Below are positions 49,483-61,450 of a stretch of DNA of 64,000 nt, one piece after another. The stretch is from Asterias rubens (Eukaryota). The DNA is taken from assembly GCF_902459465.1 (NCBI RefSeq), contig NC_047076.1, forward strand, positions 8,370,001 to 8,434,000, read 5' to 3'. The notes under the pieces are model-generated. The model made no database searches. It had not been told where the DNA came from and saw nothing but the letters and a program-made list of their open reading frames with translations. A program made the position numbers and the translations under genes. How positions within the stretch are numbered: the stretch's first letter is position 1; each line of letters opens with the position of its first letter.

Positions 49483-51840
49483 GTTTCCTCGCCTTCCACC
49501 TCGAGGAACCCGGTTCGAACGCGGCCTGGGGCACTATGTGGATTGTGTTTTTAGTTATCTGACAGCGTGGACTTTTTCTGGAGTTTGCGTTTTTTCTTTC
49601 ACATCGAAACTTTAATTCCTTGTCTTCTCTATATGGTTCTTGGCTAGTACAGCGATTAAGTTCCCTTTTCTGAGAGTTATTGACTTCATAACAAGAATTA
49701 AAATTTAAATAAATTAAGAAGAAGAAAAATGGGGAAAAAATCGTCTTGAGGCCGGCCTTCAAAAAATGATACAAATTAATTTGCATTAAATTGCCGTTAT
49801 TGGAGGATTGAAGGCTTTGCACCCGACGTCACTGGTGCTCACTGGTTGCTCAGTGGTCCATCCGGTGAGCCATGCTATACCTCTAAGATGGCTGCAGTAT
49901 GACCAAAGAAAAACTGAAACTATTCTGTATAATGAGGCAAATGCAACCAAAGCGTTCACAACACGTATAAACTATCAAAAACAGTGCTAGGCATAAAAAG
50001 TTGATCCGCTGCAATTTATTATACCCAACATGCCCACGTGGGTTGCTTTGAAATTGTAACGGGACGCCATGCATCCATCGCTTTGTCTGAAACGGCTCTT
50101 ATATTTGCCCACCTAAAACACGGAGGATGTGAAGCTTTTGCCTGCTCAAAGCACCGAGAGTTACAAACACCTGTCACGGGTTTAAAAATAGCTTTATGTT
50201 ACAAAAATGGAAACACATTCAATAAATGGCTCACATGGAAATGTATAGGCACTAAGTCTTATTCGACTGAAGTAGAGACCTGCTATTAGCAGAACTTCTT
50301 CCACTTTGCTTTGTGAACAAATTATTTCCTTTGAGGTGTATTTTTGCTTTTAGTAACAAAATGGTGAAACTGTTCATCGTGTCATTAATGAAATGTGGAA
50401 TTCTTTCCACCATTGGCTAAACACCTTTATATTAGTCAGTTATAGGCTTACTCTTTACATCATAAAAATCACCAATACAACTAGACGGAGAGAAGCAATT
50501 ATGTTTTACTTTTATGACATAATTATTTAAACATACGTTTACAAAAAACGTCGTTGACAATGTAAAAAGTCAATGCCCTTGCCCCACCCACCCCAACCCG
50601 TCCATAACAAACAAAAGCATGCCTCACAAGCCCACCCACAACCTAATGATTTTGTAACAACAAAATGTCAGCAATGGCCGTGTCGTATAGGGGGATGTTG
50701 TCCCCATTCGGATTCGTTGGGTTAAAGGGCATTGATTCGAGAGAGGGCGTTATCATACGAAAATTTCTGTGTCGGATATTTCTGATTAATGCATGCTAAT
50801 ACTTCAATGTAGGGGGAAACGCCCTCGCCCCCAACTCTGCTGTAAATCCGCCAATGCATGTACTAGAAATAACCCTAGCCATAAGAAAAAGTGCACTAGG
50901 GTTTCGAGGTTCGACGCGACATTTTCTACTACACACTGACTCGGCAAAAACATGTCTCAAACGCCATTTTATTAGTATTAGCATCCGCGTCATTTTAATC
51001 GTGACACAAAATATACCAGTACGTGCTTTTTCAAATGCCGCCCGTTTTACCAGTGCATAAGAAGCCTTTTTTTCAAAAAAAAAATCAGACATTTATATTT
51101 TTGAACAGCCTCGGGCAAAAAGCTTCCCTAAATGAATTTGCGAATCTTCAGCGCTGATTAAAGTGGGAATACTCTATATCACTGCTAAACTATGTTTGTA
51201 TCCGTTTTGGGTTGGAGTAATGTATGTATAGCCCGCGGGAATTTTAGACCGTGTCGACTTGATTTCAAATAAAAGCGTACGCAAACAAAACAAAAACTAC
51301 AGATAAATGGTGTGGTGTTGCGATCACGGACGAAGTAATTACTTTTGTCGGTTTCATTTTACGAGAAAATATATATTACACGTGCTAGCACCAGTCTTCT
51401 ACAGCCGTTCCAGCGCATCCTGTAATTGTAGTCTAATATTCAACATTATGGGTAAAAACTGGCCTTTATGCTTAATGGACAACATCAACCTTTTGAATTT
51501 TGAGAGTCTGTATTAAATAATAGTGAACATAAGTCAATTCCGCTCTTTGTTTGACAATACAAAGGGGATTACATTGCACACGGCTTGTTTGCCTTTCAAC
51601 TTTCGTCAATCCATTAATAAGATGACAGTTTCACCCCTGTATGTTGTGTTTAGTTGATAAACACCTGCCATGCTCTTCACATAGCGCAAAATATGACACC
51701 ATCTTTTCACACATCGTGCCCGCGAACTGTGGATGGAAGAGCACCTTCTCAACTTGAGACATGTTATGATGGTGTTTTCGTCATCAAATGCCCTATTTGA
51801 TATTTTGCTGGTTTATTGACCTATGCCTGAGATCACAGAT

Positions 51841-52209
51841 TTAAAGCCATTATACACTTTCGGTAAACAGTATTGTCCAAGTCCCACACTTCGTGTATCA
51901 CAACTTATATATAAAATAACAAACCTGTGAAAATTTAGTCTCAATCGGTCATCGGAGTCGGGAGAAAATAATGGGGAAAACCCACCCTCGTTTCCCCACG
52001 TTTCCCCGTGTCATGACATGTGTTTAAAATAAATCCGTAATTGTCGCTATCGAGAATTGATATCGTTTTAATGTTTTCTCAAAAAGTAAAGCATTTCATG
52101 GAATAATATTTCAAGAGAAGTCTTTCACCATTATCTTCTGTAAACCCTGTAAATTATTTGTAAATCTGTGAACTTTTTTTTCTGTACCGAAAGTGTATAA
52201 TGGCTTTAA
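51841..52209 (+). mobile_element. Kolobok-type MITE family C
   Basis: Perfect TIR AGCCATTATACACTTTCGGTA and TTAA TSDs. Confidence 0.92.
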
Positions 52210-52249
52210 GATTAATACTATCTAGAGGGCTAATTTCTACCTGTTGATA

Positions 52250-52533
52250 TATAGTATAAAACATTGTGAGAAACGGCTCCCTCTGAAGTAACGTAGTTTT
52301 TGAGAAAGAGTTATTATCTTTTATCTATTCTGGTCAAATGATTCAGACCAAGCCCTTTTGAGGCATCTGAAAGTGCACACATTTTGTGCAACAAGGGTAT
52401 TTTTTCTTTCCTTATTTTCTTGCAACTTCGATGACCAAGTGAGTCCACATTTTCACAGGCTTGTTATTTTATGCATTGATACACCAAGTGAGACTACATT
52501 TCACAATTTACCAGAGGTGTCCAGTGCCTTTAA
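52250..52533 (-). mobile_element. Family A-related MITE fragment
   Basis: TATAAAACATTGTGAGAAACGGCTCCCTCTGAAG ... GTGTCCAGTGCCTTTAA. Confidence 0.75.
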
Positions 52534-52836
52534 GGGTGTCAGATAGAGCAGTCACTGTAGGTAGCCCTTGCGGTTGCCTATCATGATGAAATATGTCCCT
52601 ATACTGTTTTCCTAAGGCCAACTATCATGCCTTCTCAGTGACTTGGTTCTTGTCTGCACTGAGCCTTCAACAAATCTTGTTTACTTCCAATTGGCATAAT
52701 TAGATTTGTCAATTGGAGGAGTTGAGATAGGAAACAAATCCTATTCCTCGGTTTTCATCAGATCATCCACGTCATCAATTTGACCACTTTCTGCTGCTTG
52801 ATGTGTGCTCTTTCTCTACAGAATGATGGATCATGT

Positions 52837-53228
52837 TTAAAGGCAGTGGACACTATTGATAGTTACTCAAAATAATTAATAGCATAAAACCTTACTTGAT
52901 AACGAGTATTATGGGGAGAGGTTGATAGTATAAAACATTGTGAGAAACGGCTCCCTCGGAAGTGAAGCAGTTTTTGAGAAAGAAGTAATTTTACATGAAT
53001 TTGATTTCAAGACCTCAGATTTAAAACTTGAGGTCTTGAAATCAAGCATATGAAAGCACACAACTTCGTGTGACAAGGGTGTTTTTTCTCTCATAGTTAT
53101 CTCGCAACTCCGATCCTCAATCGAGCTCAAATTTTCGCAGGTTTGTTATTTTATACATATGTTGAGATACACCAAGTGCATGAGAAGACGGGTCCTTGAC
53201 AATTATAAATATTGTGCAGTGTCTTTAA
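52837..53228 (-). mobile_element. Family A MITE
   Basis: TTAAAGGCAGTGGACACTATTG start, degenerate right TIR ending TTAA. Confidence 0.85.
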
Positions 53229-53289
53229 ACGGCTGGAGTGATTTTTTGTGGTCTACGTTGGGAGTATTTCAAGATTATATCCACATTGC

Positions 53290-53460
53290 TGCCTCGTCTT
53301 TGTTTGTGTTGAGGAATATTTTCTCTGTGGTTTTACTCACTCAAAGGTTAAGGAGGAATGATTTCTGTAGTTTGTGTTGATGGGGAGCATTTGAAGTCCT
53401 TCTCAACACAGCCTCGTCTTTGTTTGTGTTGAGGAACAATTTGGTCAGGGGTTTTACTAC
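53290..53460. repeat. Local duplication (period 121 bp)
   Basis: GCCTCGTCTTTGTTTGTGTTGAGGAA at 53290 and 53411. Confidence 0.7.
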
Positions 53461-54010
53461 AGGGATAAGCTCAAATTGTTTAAAATGAAGCAATCCTTGT
53501 ATCTTTTGTAAACAATTTTTTTTTTTATACTTTACCATTTCTTAATTTGTTTTGAGGTTTATTTTCTCCACGGTTTCACGGACAGGATAAGGAATATTTG
53601 TGTTTTAAGATGAGTTCAAAATGTGAGGTGGTCTATGTGGTTTAGCGTTTAAGTGTTTCTTTTCTCGCTTTGCCTGCAAAATAAGGAATAACTTTTGCTC
53701 GCAGATCATTTAACAAACATTATAGCTTAGTTGGTTAAACACAGGCTCAGATTCAAGTCCCACTTTTTTAGTGAATATTTCATTGTACAACCCCCAAATA
53801 ATACTAGTTTCCATTATTAATTTGGTTATTTTATTGTAGAGGATGGTACACCCTCAAAATATTACTCCTATGACAGAACTTAATTGTGTCAAACTGCAAA
53901 CAAAACTTGTTTTAAATTGTAGAAACCTCATTGTAGTTGGTTTCTTATTTTTTTTTTATACAGTATACACGGATTCTATATCCAAGATATCTGGTCAGCC
54001 CACAGCAGTC

Positions 54011-54191
54011 ATGTCAGGAGCTTTCTACCCCCTGGTCCTGGCCTCTCAGGTCGCCGTAGTCACTGTCCTGATCCTGGCCGGCTACTGGACAGGTCATTTC
54101 CTTGGAGGCTTTGCCTGGGATGGATCAGCGCAGGAGTTTAATCTCCACCCACTGCTGATGATTCTTGGGCTTGTCTTCTTCTACGGAGATG
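54011..54191 (+). CDS. Cytochrome b561 family ascorbate-dependent reductase (CYB561A3/CYBRD1-like), coding exon 1
   Basis: MSGAFYPLVLASQ...GGFAWDGSAQEFNLHPLLMILGLVFFYGD with the first heme His. Acceptor at 53963 (exon starts 53964), donor G|GTAAGA. The start could lie slightly upstream because the frame is open to the acceptor. Confidence 0.92.
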
Positions 54192-54361
54192 GTAAGAGAA
54201 AGAAATACATTAACTTGGATTTATCTACCAGAAAGCTATACCACAGTTCTAAGAGTTTGGTATATCACCATGGTACCCAACATTTTGTTCAGGTAGTTTT
54301 TCAGTAGCACCGTAAGTTTTCATTTTATAACTTGGAACATAGGAGATACGGGAAAGCTCCA

Positions 54362-54702
54362 TTAAATACACTGGACACTATTGGTAATTGTCAAAGACCA
54401 GTTTTCTCAGTTGTTGTATCTCAAGATATGCATACAATAAACAAACCTGTGAACATTTGGGCTTAGTTGGTCATCAAAGTTGGGATATAATAATGAAAGA
54501 AAAAACACCCTTGTCACACGGAGTTTGCGCTTTCAGATGCTTGATTTCGAGATCTCAAATTCTAAATCTGAGGTCTCGAAATCAAATTACTTCTTTCTCA
54601 CAATGTTTTATACTATCAACCTCTCCCCATTACTCGTTACCAAGTAAGGTTTTGTGCTAATAATTATTGTGAGTAATTACCAATAATGTCCACTGCCTTT
54701 AA
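54362..54702 (+). mobile_element. Family A MITE in a cytochrome b561 intron
   Basis: TTAA ends, TIR GGACACTATTGGTAATT / AATTACCAATAATGTCC. Confidence 0.88.
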
Positions 54703-54947
54703 ATGATTTCTGAGTTTTATCAAAACTGTTGGATGAGCAATTATTCTGCCTGGTGGAGTCAGCAGGCCTATTCTTGTGCACTGTTTTGGAAAATAGAACA
54801 TGGAGATAACAGGTGTGATTTGCCAGACAAAAAAGGATGTTTTATTCCAGCCTCTCTTTATATGGAGCTTTCCCATATTGGTTGAGAATTTGCAGAAGCT
54901 GTCCAGTCACTCCAAGAATCTAAGTGCATTTTTGTCTCAATCTCCAG

Positions 54948-55150
54948 CCATCTTGATGTACCGAATCTTCCGCAAGGAGAACAAGACAGTGGTGAAGATA
55001 ATCCATGTGTTGATGCAGTCCTTTGCACTCATCTGTGGAGGCATCGCCCTAAAGGCAGTGTTCCGCTACCACAACAATGCAGGCATCCCTAACATGTACA
55101 CGCTTCACAGTTGGATTGGCCTACCAACTTACATCATGTTCGGCTTACAG
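54948..55150 (+). CDS. Cytochrome b561, coding exon 2
   Basis: AILMYRIFRKENKTVVKIIHVLMQ...YHNNAGIPNMYTLHSWIGL...GLQ with heme His 2 and 3 and an xLHSW motif. tctccag / CAG|GTAAGT. Confidence 0.95.
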
Positions 55151-55225
55151 GTAAGTATAATAAAGGAGCCCAAGATTTTACTATTAACATCAGATACAAT
55201 ATTCTTCCAACAGCCTGATGAGCTC

Positions 55226-55492
55226 AAATTTAAGTAGACTGGAGACCATTGGTATACAATCCTCTTTGGGAGAAGAAGCGTTACCCTTAATAGGTTAAAT
55301 TTGGTAACAACAACCCTGGGAGCCATGTATCATGCAGGAGGTGCATGGCATCACCAAAGCACAACAGCACAGTGAGCAAAAATTAAGTAGATTGGAGACC
55401 ATGGGAGAATAGGGGTTTACCCTTAATGGGTTAAATTGGGTGGCAACCCTGGGAGCCCTATACTGGCCATAGAGGAGGTGCATGGTCACCCA
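55226..55492. repeat. Diverged ~154-bp tandem duplication in an intron
   Basis: AA.TTAAGTAGA.TGGAGACCAT...TTACCCTTAAT.GGTTAAATT...CAACCCTGGGAGCC...GGAGGTGCATGG twice. Confidence 0.7.
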
Positions 55493-55655
55493 TTGGAAAA
55501 CGAGTTTGTTTCTCTTTATCCGGGATAAACTGGGATATAACTGGGATATCGTTGGTGACAATGTGCCATTCCCAAACTCCAGTAATTTTCTCTTATACCC
55601 AAACTGGGATACATTATGTGTCATTAACCAAGATAACCTCTTGGGCACATGATCA

Positions 55656-55899
55656 GGGGCCAATTTCATAGAGCTGCTTAAGCAAAAAATTCGCTTAAGC
55701 ACGAAAATAGCTCGCTTATTTTACACATGTTACTGGCAAAGATTTCATGCCATATACATTGCTTGTGACTGGTATTTAGCTGTTGTTTACCTAGCATAAC
55801 AATTGAGTGGAGTCTTGGCTGGTTATCTGATTTTACTAGGCAAGGATTTTTTTGCTTAAGCAAAATTTTGTGCTCAAGCAGCTCTATGAAATTGGCCCC
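55656..55899. mobile_element. Harbinger-like MITE (GGGCCAATTTCATAGAGCTGCTT family)
   Basis: Perfect TIR GGGGCCAATTTCATAGAGCTGCTT. Confidence 0.88.
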
Positions 55900-56087
55900 T
55901 GATCACCCAAAAACTCCTTGTATAGGAAGCCACTGATTGTATATTATTTATCCCAAATACATTCGGGAAGGTACTTTTGCTTGAGTACTGTGCATGTGAA
56001 CACCGTCCTGATTCAATTAGACACACACAAGTATTATATCACTCGAGAAATTGACACACGAGGCAATTTACATGAAATCAGTTCCAG

Positions 56088-56254
56088 CCGTCGGTTTCAC
56101 CAAACTGTTCCTAACTTTGGATAAATCTTAGGACTTAGGACGAGTCCCAACCTTGCACTGTAGCATGTCAAACTTAAGATTAAGCCTAAGTTAGGACGAG
56201 TTACTCGTCCTAACTCGAAATGAGACGAGTCCTAACTATTTGTGAAATCGTTCC
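56088..56254. mobile_element. Harbinger-like MITE, TTAGGAC family
   Basis: CAG TSD on both sides; reverse orientation relative to 59620-59780. Confidence 0.8.
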
Positions 56255-56382
56255 CAGGCAATCTTCAAGAGAAGAAAACATTCTCATTTCAGTTTTCTCT
56301 TTACTTCCTTGGGGATATAGTAAGTTGCATCTAAAATAATGTATGCTGTACTACTGAAATGTTCCTCGTGAATTCAGTGCAG

Positions 56383-56683
56383 TTTGGGAGACTTAATAAT
56401 GATAGGTGGCAGCAGACTTACAAGGTAAATTTCCATAGACCTTTTCGCAAATACCGGGGCGCGCGCGTAAAACTTGGAATTAGGTGCATTGTGGTCTTGC
56501 TGGTATCCAAATTTGATCCATATCTATCCCACAATGCACCTCATTCAACAGTCTGCGCTTGCGCATTGGTATTTGCGATAAGGTCTATTGTTTTCTTAGT
56601 TCTGAGCATGAGCACATTACCGAGAACAATGGATTTTACCTGGTAAGTCTGCTGCCACCAAACGTCCCAAAAGTCTCCCATTG
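56383..56683. mobile_element. AATGGGAGAC fold-back element with a nested 152-bp TIR element (56436-56587)
   Basis: Insert TIR TAGACCTT(T/A)TCGCAAATACC matches 19/20. The empty site TTTCCATTGTT is visible in the 29453 copy. Confidence 0.85.
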
Positions 56684-57118
56684 TTTGCCTCGTGAGTTGC
56701 CTGAAAATTTTACTCTGTGTGACATTGGCCTTCAGTGTTTCTGGACTTGAGTAATTTATGCTCTAATTAGAAAGAAAACAAGAAATGTGGATAACAATCT
56801 GTTTTGATGGGGTGGGGACCGTGTGCTGGGCTAATTGTAAAATTAGACCCTGAACGATCCAAAGGGACATGTCACACAAGGCAATTTACAGGCAACCAGT
56901 TCCAGGCAATCTGGACCCATTACCATTTGCATGTTCTCATAATTTATTTGATATCAAGACAGTGTTTGAAAAATTACTCGTGTGGTACCAAAGTGTTCCT
57001 TTTGAATGCACTGCAGTTGTTTGCCTCCAAGTTGCCAAACAAGTTGTCTCGTATGACAAGGCCCTTAAACTTAACCAGACGTTAACCAATGGTATTTCTT
57101 GTTGTTTTCTGTTTCCAG

Positions 57119-57276
57119 TATATAGGTGGTTTTGTCTCATTTCTATTCCCCAAGCTGAGTGAGAGGGGAAGAGCCACCATGTTGCCCTTCCACAAGTATT
57201 TTGGAGTCGCCCTCCTAGGGATGGTGTGTGCCACCGCAATAAGTGGAATCAACAACAAGCTCTTCTTTGCTTTACC
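57119..57276 (+). CDS. Cytochrome b561, coding exon 3
   Basis: YIGGFVSFLFPKLSERGRATMLPFHKYFG...ISGINNKLFFAL with the fourth heme His. gtttccag / CC|GTAAGT. Confidence 0.95.
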
Positions 57277-57295
57277 GTAAGTCTTTGTCAGATTC

Positions 57296-57632
57296 TGGGA
57301 TGGCACCTTTGGTAATTGTCAAAGACCAGTACCCTCACTTTGCGTATAAAAAACATATGCACAGAAACAACAAATCTGTGAAAACTTTTACTCAATAGGT
57401 CATCAAAAATGCAAGAGAATAAACACTCTTGTTGCATTACTTTGTGCTTTCTGTCTAAAAAAAGGTCTTATTAGGCCTGAAGTATTTCAATATTTGAGTG
57501 AGAAATTACCTCTTTCTCAAAAACTATGTTACTTTTGAGGGAGCTGTCAACAGCTCTCCATTACTCGTTACCAAGTAAGTTTTCATGCTGACAACTATTT
57601 TGAGTACTTACGAATAGTGTCCAGTGCTTTTA
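57296..57632 (+). mobile_element. Degenerate family A-related MITE in an intron
   Basis: CACCTTTGGTAATTGTCAAAGACCAG ... AATAGTGTCCAGTGCTTT. Confidence 0.75.
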
Positions 57633-58166
57633 CCCCTAGTCAAACAACATTGGTATTCTAATATATTATGTGAATGTTGAACTGAATCTTGATAAATCAT
57701 GGAATATTTTGTTTCAATTAAATTCATTTTCTCGGTCCTACCATGGAGGAAAATTTCCTTACAAACATGCCATACACAAACTAATTAAACACAAACAATT
57801 TAAGACCATCTTAGAAGAAAGTAATTAATGCTTAGACTGATCATTGAGGAGACGAACAGTGTAGGGTATGAAGGAGTTGAGATATCTGTTTGTTTTGCAT
57901 TGAAGCCATCTCCTACCACTCCTTAGTCTGATGAAAAATGTGTTTAATGGATTGTCGATGTTACCTTTTCATTTCAAACCACACAGTCATGAGTAATAGT
58001 GCTTTCAATAACATACGAGTACAATAGAATAATATCATGTCGTCATGAAAGCAAAATCTTGCAAACAAAACCACATTTACCGATTACTTTTACATTGACA
58101 AACCTAAGCATGTAACCCTTTGATGGTGATTGACATAACAATAACTTTTCTGTAAAATGTATATAG

Positions 58167-58398
58167 GAATACAAGTGATACTCCATACAACAGCCTCCCT
58201 GCACAAGCCCATGTTGGTAACTTCCTTGGCATTGCCATCATAGTCTACTGCCTCATTGTTGGCTTCCTGGTCACCTTTGATGAGTTCAAGAGAGAGGAGG
58301 TCATTAACCCAGAAAAGCTACCCCTAGCCCACGCAGAGATGAAACAGTTCAAGACAATGGATCCTACAGACACAACAGGTGATCAAGAGGTCAAATAG
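58167..58398 (+). CDS. Cytochrome b561, last coding exon (not in the ORF track)
   Basis: PNTSDTPYNSLPAQAHVGNFLGIAIIVYCLIVGFLVTFDEFKREEVINPEKLPLAHAE...DQEVK-TAG. Phase 2 matches the upstream donor; total CDS 774 nt = 257 aa. AATAAA hexamers follow near 58498, 58687 and 60535. Confidence 0.92.
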
Positions 58399-59288
58399 AC
58401 GGTTGGGCTTATCTTCAATATGAGGCAAAATTAGGATTTGTGGTGGCAGAAGTGGGATTACTGGTGGCAGAAGTGGGATTTAAGGTAGCTTCAAACCAAA
58501 TAAAGTACCTCAAGTGATATGCATGTACTTGGTGAGGAATTTCCAGCAGTGTTATGGGTTTGTCAGTTGTCCTGTTTCCGATTGTCTGCCATGTACACTT
58601 ATTTCCAGAATATGGCTGTGAATAATCTAGGAATTGTACTTGTGACTAGTTTGTAGTGTAGTTCAAATCACTATCTAGTTTAGTCCAATAAATTGTATTA
58701 CAGTTCACTAAATTGAGTAATAACTGCTAAATCTTAGGAGCAAGGTTCCAGAAAGTTTGAAGTTAAACATTATTTTAGGCTTTGTCTTGAAAGAAAGTAC
58801 CAGCGAACCTAGGAAAGTTGTACTAGGAAGAAACACTTTCACTAAAGTATTACTCTTCAAGGTGGGTATGTACGAGGTAGGGCCTATAGGTCATGAGTAA
58901 AACGTCCTGTTATATGTTAAGTAAATAGTCTTTCCAACAATGTGCTATTATATTTCTTTGGACTCTGAAAGAAATGTCATTATGTTTCTTGCATTTGAGC
59001 AGTATGACTTTTAAAACACAGTCCTTTTTTAAATATTTATTGCTTGGTGTGATCCAGTTTTCTTTAGCCACAAGTGAGTTGAATAGGTATTGTGATTATT
59101 AGAATTGGTAGTTAATATAACCAAACCATGAAATGTTACTTCATCAAAATTGCCACTATTTCTACTGTAAGATTGTGAACATACTGAAGTTTGAAACATT
59201 TATTTCTTAGAACTGCTTAGCGGAACTTCTGCTTAATTACTATGCTTAAACAAAATTAGATTAGAACCAAGACATCGCTTAATATGTG

Positions 59289-59465
59289 GACCCAATTTCA
59301 CAGAGCTGCTTAAATAATATAAGCATAGAATATTCCTTGAATTTGTCTGCTGAGCAAAAAAAAAAAACAGGCCACCAGTTACAGATTGTAACCTTATTCT
59401 GGCAAGCGGCACAATTTTGTTGTGTTTAGCTACTTTCTGCTTAAGCAGCTCTACGAAAAAAGCCG
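59289..59465. mobile_element. Degenerate GGGCCAATTTCA-family MITE
   Basis: GGACCCAATTTCACAGAGCTGCTTAA ... GCTTAAGCAGCTCTACGAAA. Confidence 0.65.
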
Positions 59466-59619
59466 CTCGAGAGTTAGATTTGAATATTGTCTAGTACAGT
59501 TGACTTGTTTAGTCACAAGTTACCGTTGAAATTTGAATTCCTCAGACAATAGAGACAGTTGCCATGTCAAATGGTTAAAGGCAAGCATAGCATAGCAACC
59601 TCCAGATGAGCAAACCCTG

Positions 59620-59780
59620 GGGTGGATTTCACAAAGAGTTAGGACTCGTCTTAGCTCCAGTTAAAACGAGTACCTAACTTAGGATTGATCTTAAGGTCTA
59701 CATGCTACAGTGCAGGGTTAGGACTCGTCCTAAGACCTAAGATTAGTCCTAAGTTAGGAAGAGTTTTGTGAAATCGACGG
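59620..59780. mobile_element. Harbinger-like MITE, TTAGGAC family
   Basis: GGGTGGATTTCACAAAGAG ... TTTTGTGAAATCGACGG with CTG TSD on both sides. Confidence 0.85.
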
Positions 59781-60048
59781 CTGGTACCATTTTGCCATAC
59801 ATATGTACATCTCTTTATGCACATATCTTTATGTACATGTACATGTAACTATACAAAAGCATGCCCCAAACCATGAGACATAGAACTGGTTCTATTATCT
59901 GAGAAATTAAGATTCCAGCAGCAAGTTGCGACTATAAACAGTCATTGTACCAGACATTATTCAAACCTAACTTGCTAATGGCGTATAACAAGAGCAGCGT
60001 TGCACGCAGAAAACATCTGCTTAGTAGTTGTATGAAGTTGTCACTGGG

Positions 60049-60424
60049 TTAAAGGGAAGGTACACGTTTGGTAATTGTCAAAGACCAGTCTTCTCACTTG
60101 GTGTATCACAACATAAGCATAAAATAACAAGCCTGTGAACATTTGAGCTAAATTGGTCATCGAAATTGCGAGAAAATGATGAGAGAGAAACACCCTTGTT
60201 GGACGCATTTGTGTGCTTTCAGATAGGAATAAAAGATTTCTAGCTTGAAGTCTTTTATTATTTTAGTGAGAAAATACCTCTTTTATCAAAATCTATGCTA
60301 CTTCAGAGGGAGCCGTTTCTCACAATATTTTATACTATCAACAGCTCTCCACTGCTCGTTACCAAGTCAGTTTTTAAGTTAATATTTGTTTTGAGTAATT
60401 ACCAAACATGTACTTTCTCTTTAA
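60049..60424 (+). mobile_element. Kolobok-type MITE, AGGGAAGGTACAC subfamily
   Basis: TTAA TSDs; homologous to 14109-14482. Confidence 0.88.
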
Positions 60425-61222
60425 GTGTTGGACAGATCTGAACATTGTCATTCCTGCCTGGATTTAGAAGTTCCTCGTTTCACAAATGCCTTGCTAAACA
60501 TGTGGACGTAATGTATGTACTAGAATTAATAGCAAATAAATATTTCTATATGTATATAAACAGTGTGTAAAGACAAAAGAATATTAATAATACGAATTGT
60601 CTGTGGAACATAATGTATTCTATTTTGATGTTAAAATGTAAGTCTGCATTCTAATGTTACAAAATAATTATGTAGTTTTAGTGAAAATTTGACCCAGTAC
60701 TTGTTTTTTTTTTAAGGGAAAGTGTCAATATATTAATTTAATCCTTAAACAGAAAGTTATTCAAAATATGGCATTTAGGGCCTAAGGCCTTATAATAAAA
60801 CCAATATTAGATTATTCTAATGAAATTATTTATAAGGGATTTGAAGAGAAAAAAAATGCCCATTGAAGGTTAGGAAATATTGGGTTTTTGTTAAGTTACC
60901 AATAAGTAAACACTTTAGGTAATCCTGCAAAACGAAAACTTATGTACTTCTTCCCTTTATTGCCTACATTTCTTTAAAGTACATGTACACAGATTATGTC
61001 ATTTATTGTGACAGTTCTCTTGGCTTATTGGGGTATTAATATATATTTTTTTACAAAACACAGGGAGCATAAATTCTTAATCAACGAATTTTACTTTCAA
61101 TTCTTTCTGTATATTAAGTTCTTACAAAAATAGATCATACACTGATGTAAAACAAAAAATTACATGTCTCATGTAAATTTTGAAGGACGAATTTCTGGAT
61201 GAGGAAGGAGTCATGTATTATA

Positions 61223-61450
61223 ATTTGTTTAAACCCTTACACTGATGTGTGTTAAGCAATGTATACTCAGTACTTTCTCTCGTTCTCTGGACATATTTGT
61301 TTAAACCCTTACACCGATGTGTGTTAAGCAATGTATACTCAGTACTTTCCCGCATTCTCTGTACAAAAAACCACCACAGGCAAATCTCTCCAGTGTAAGG
61401 GTTAAAAACCAATTATATTCTTTATCTCTCATGCAAAACTAACATCTATT
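61223..61450. mobile_element. Fragments of the 43105-type SINE-like unit: two tandem minus copies then a plus fragment
   Basis: TTTGTTTAAACCCTTACAC(T/C)GATGTGTGTTAAGCAATGTATACTCAGTACTTTC twice, then AAAACCAATTATATTCTTTATC. Confidence 0.7.

Noticed and set aside
52735-52815. Ankyrin-like peptide STHQAAESGQIDDVDDLMK on the minus strand
   Set aside because: Only 24 codons between an acceptor-like TAG and a stop, with no neighbouring repeats; probably chance.
534-54660. Recurrent ORFs such as MSSIGRRSCEI..., MENYFFLEN..., ...FRCLISRPQ... at many loci
   Set aside because: All are chance frames through copies of the non-coding family A MITE; frames and stops differ between copies.
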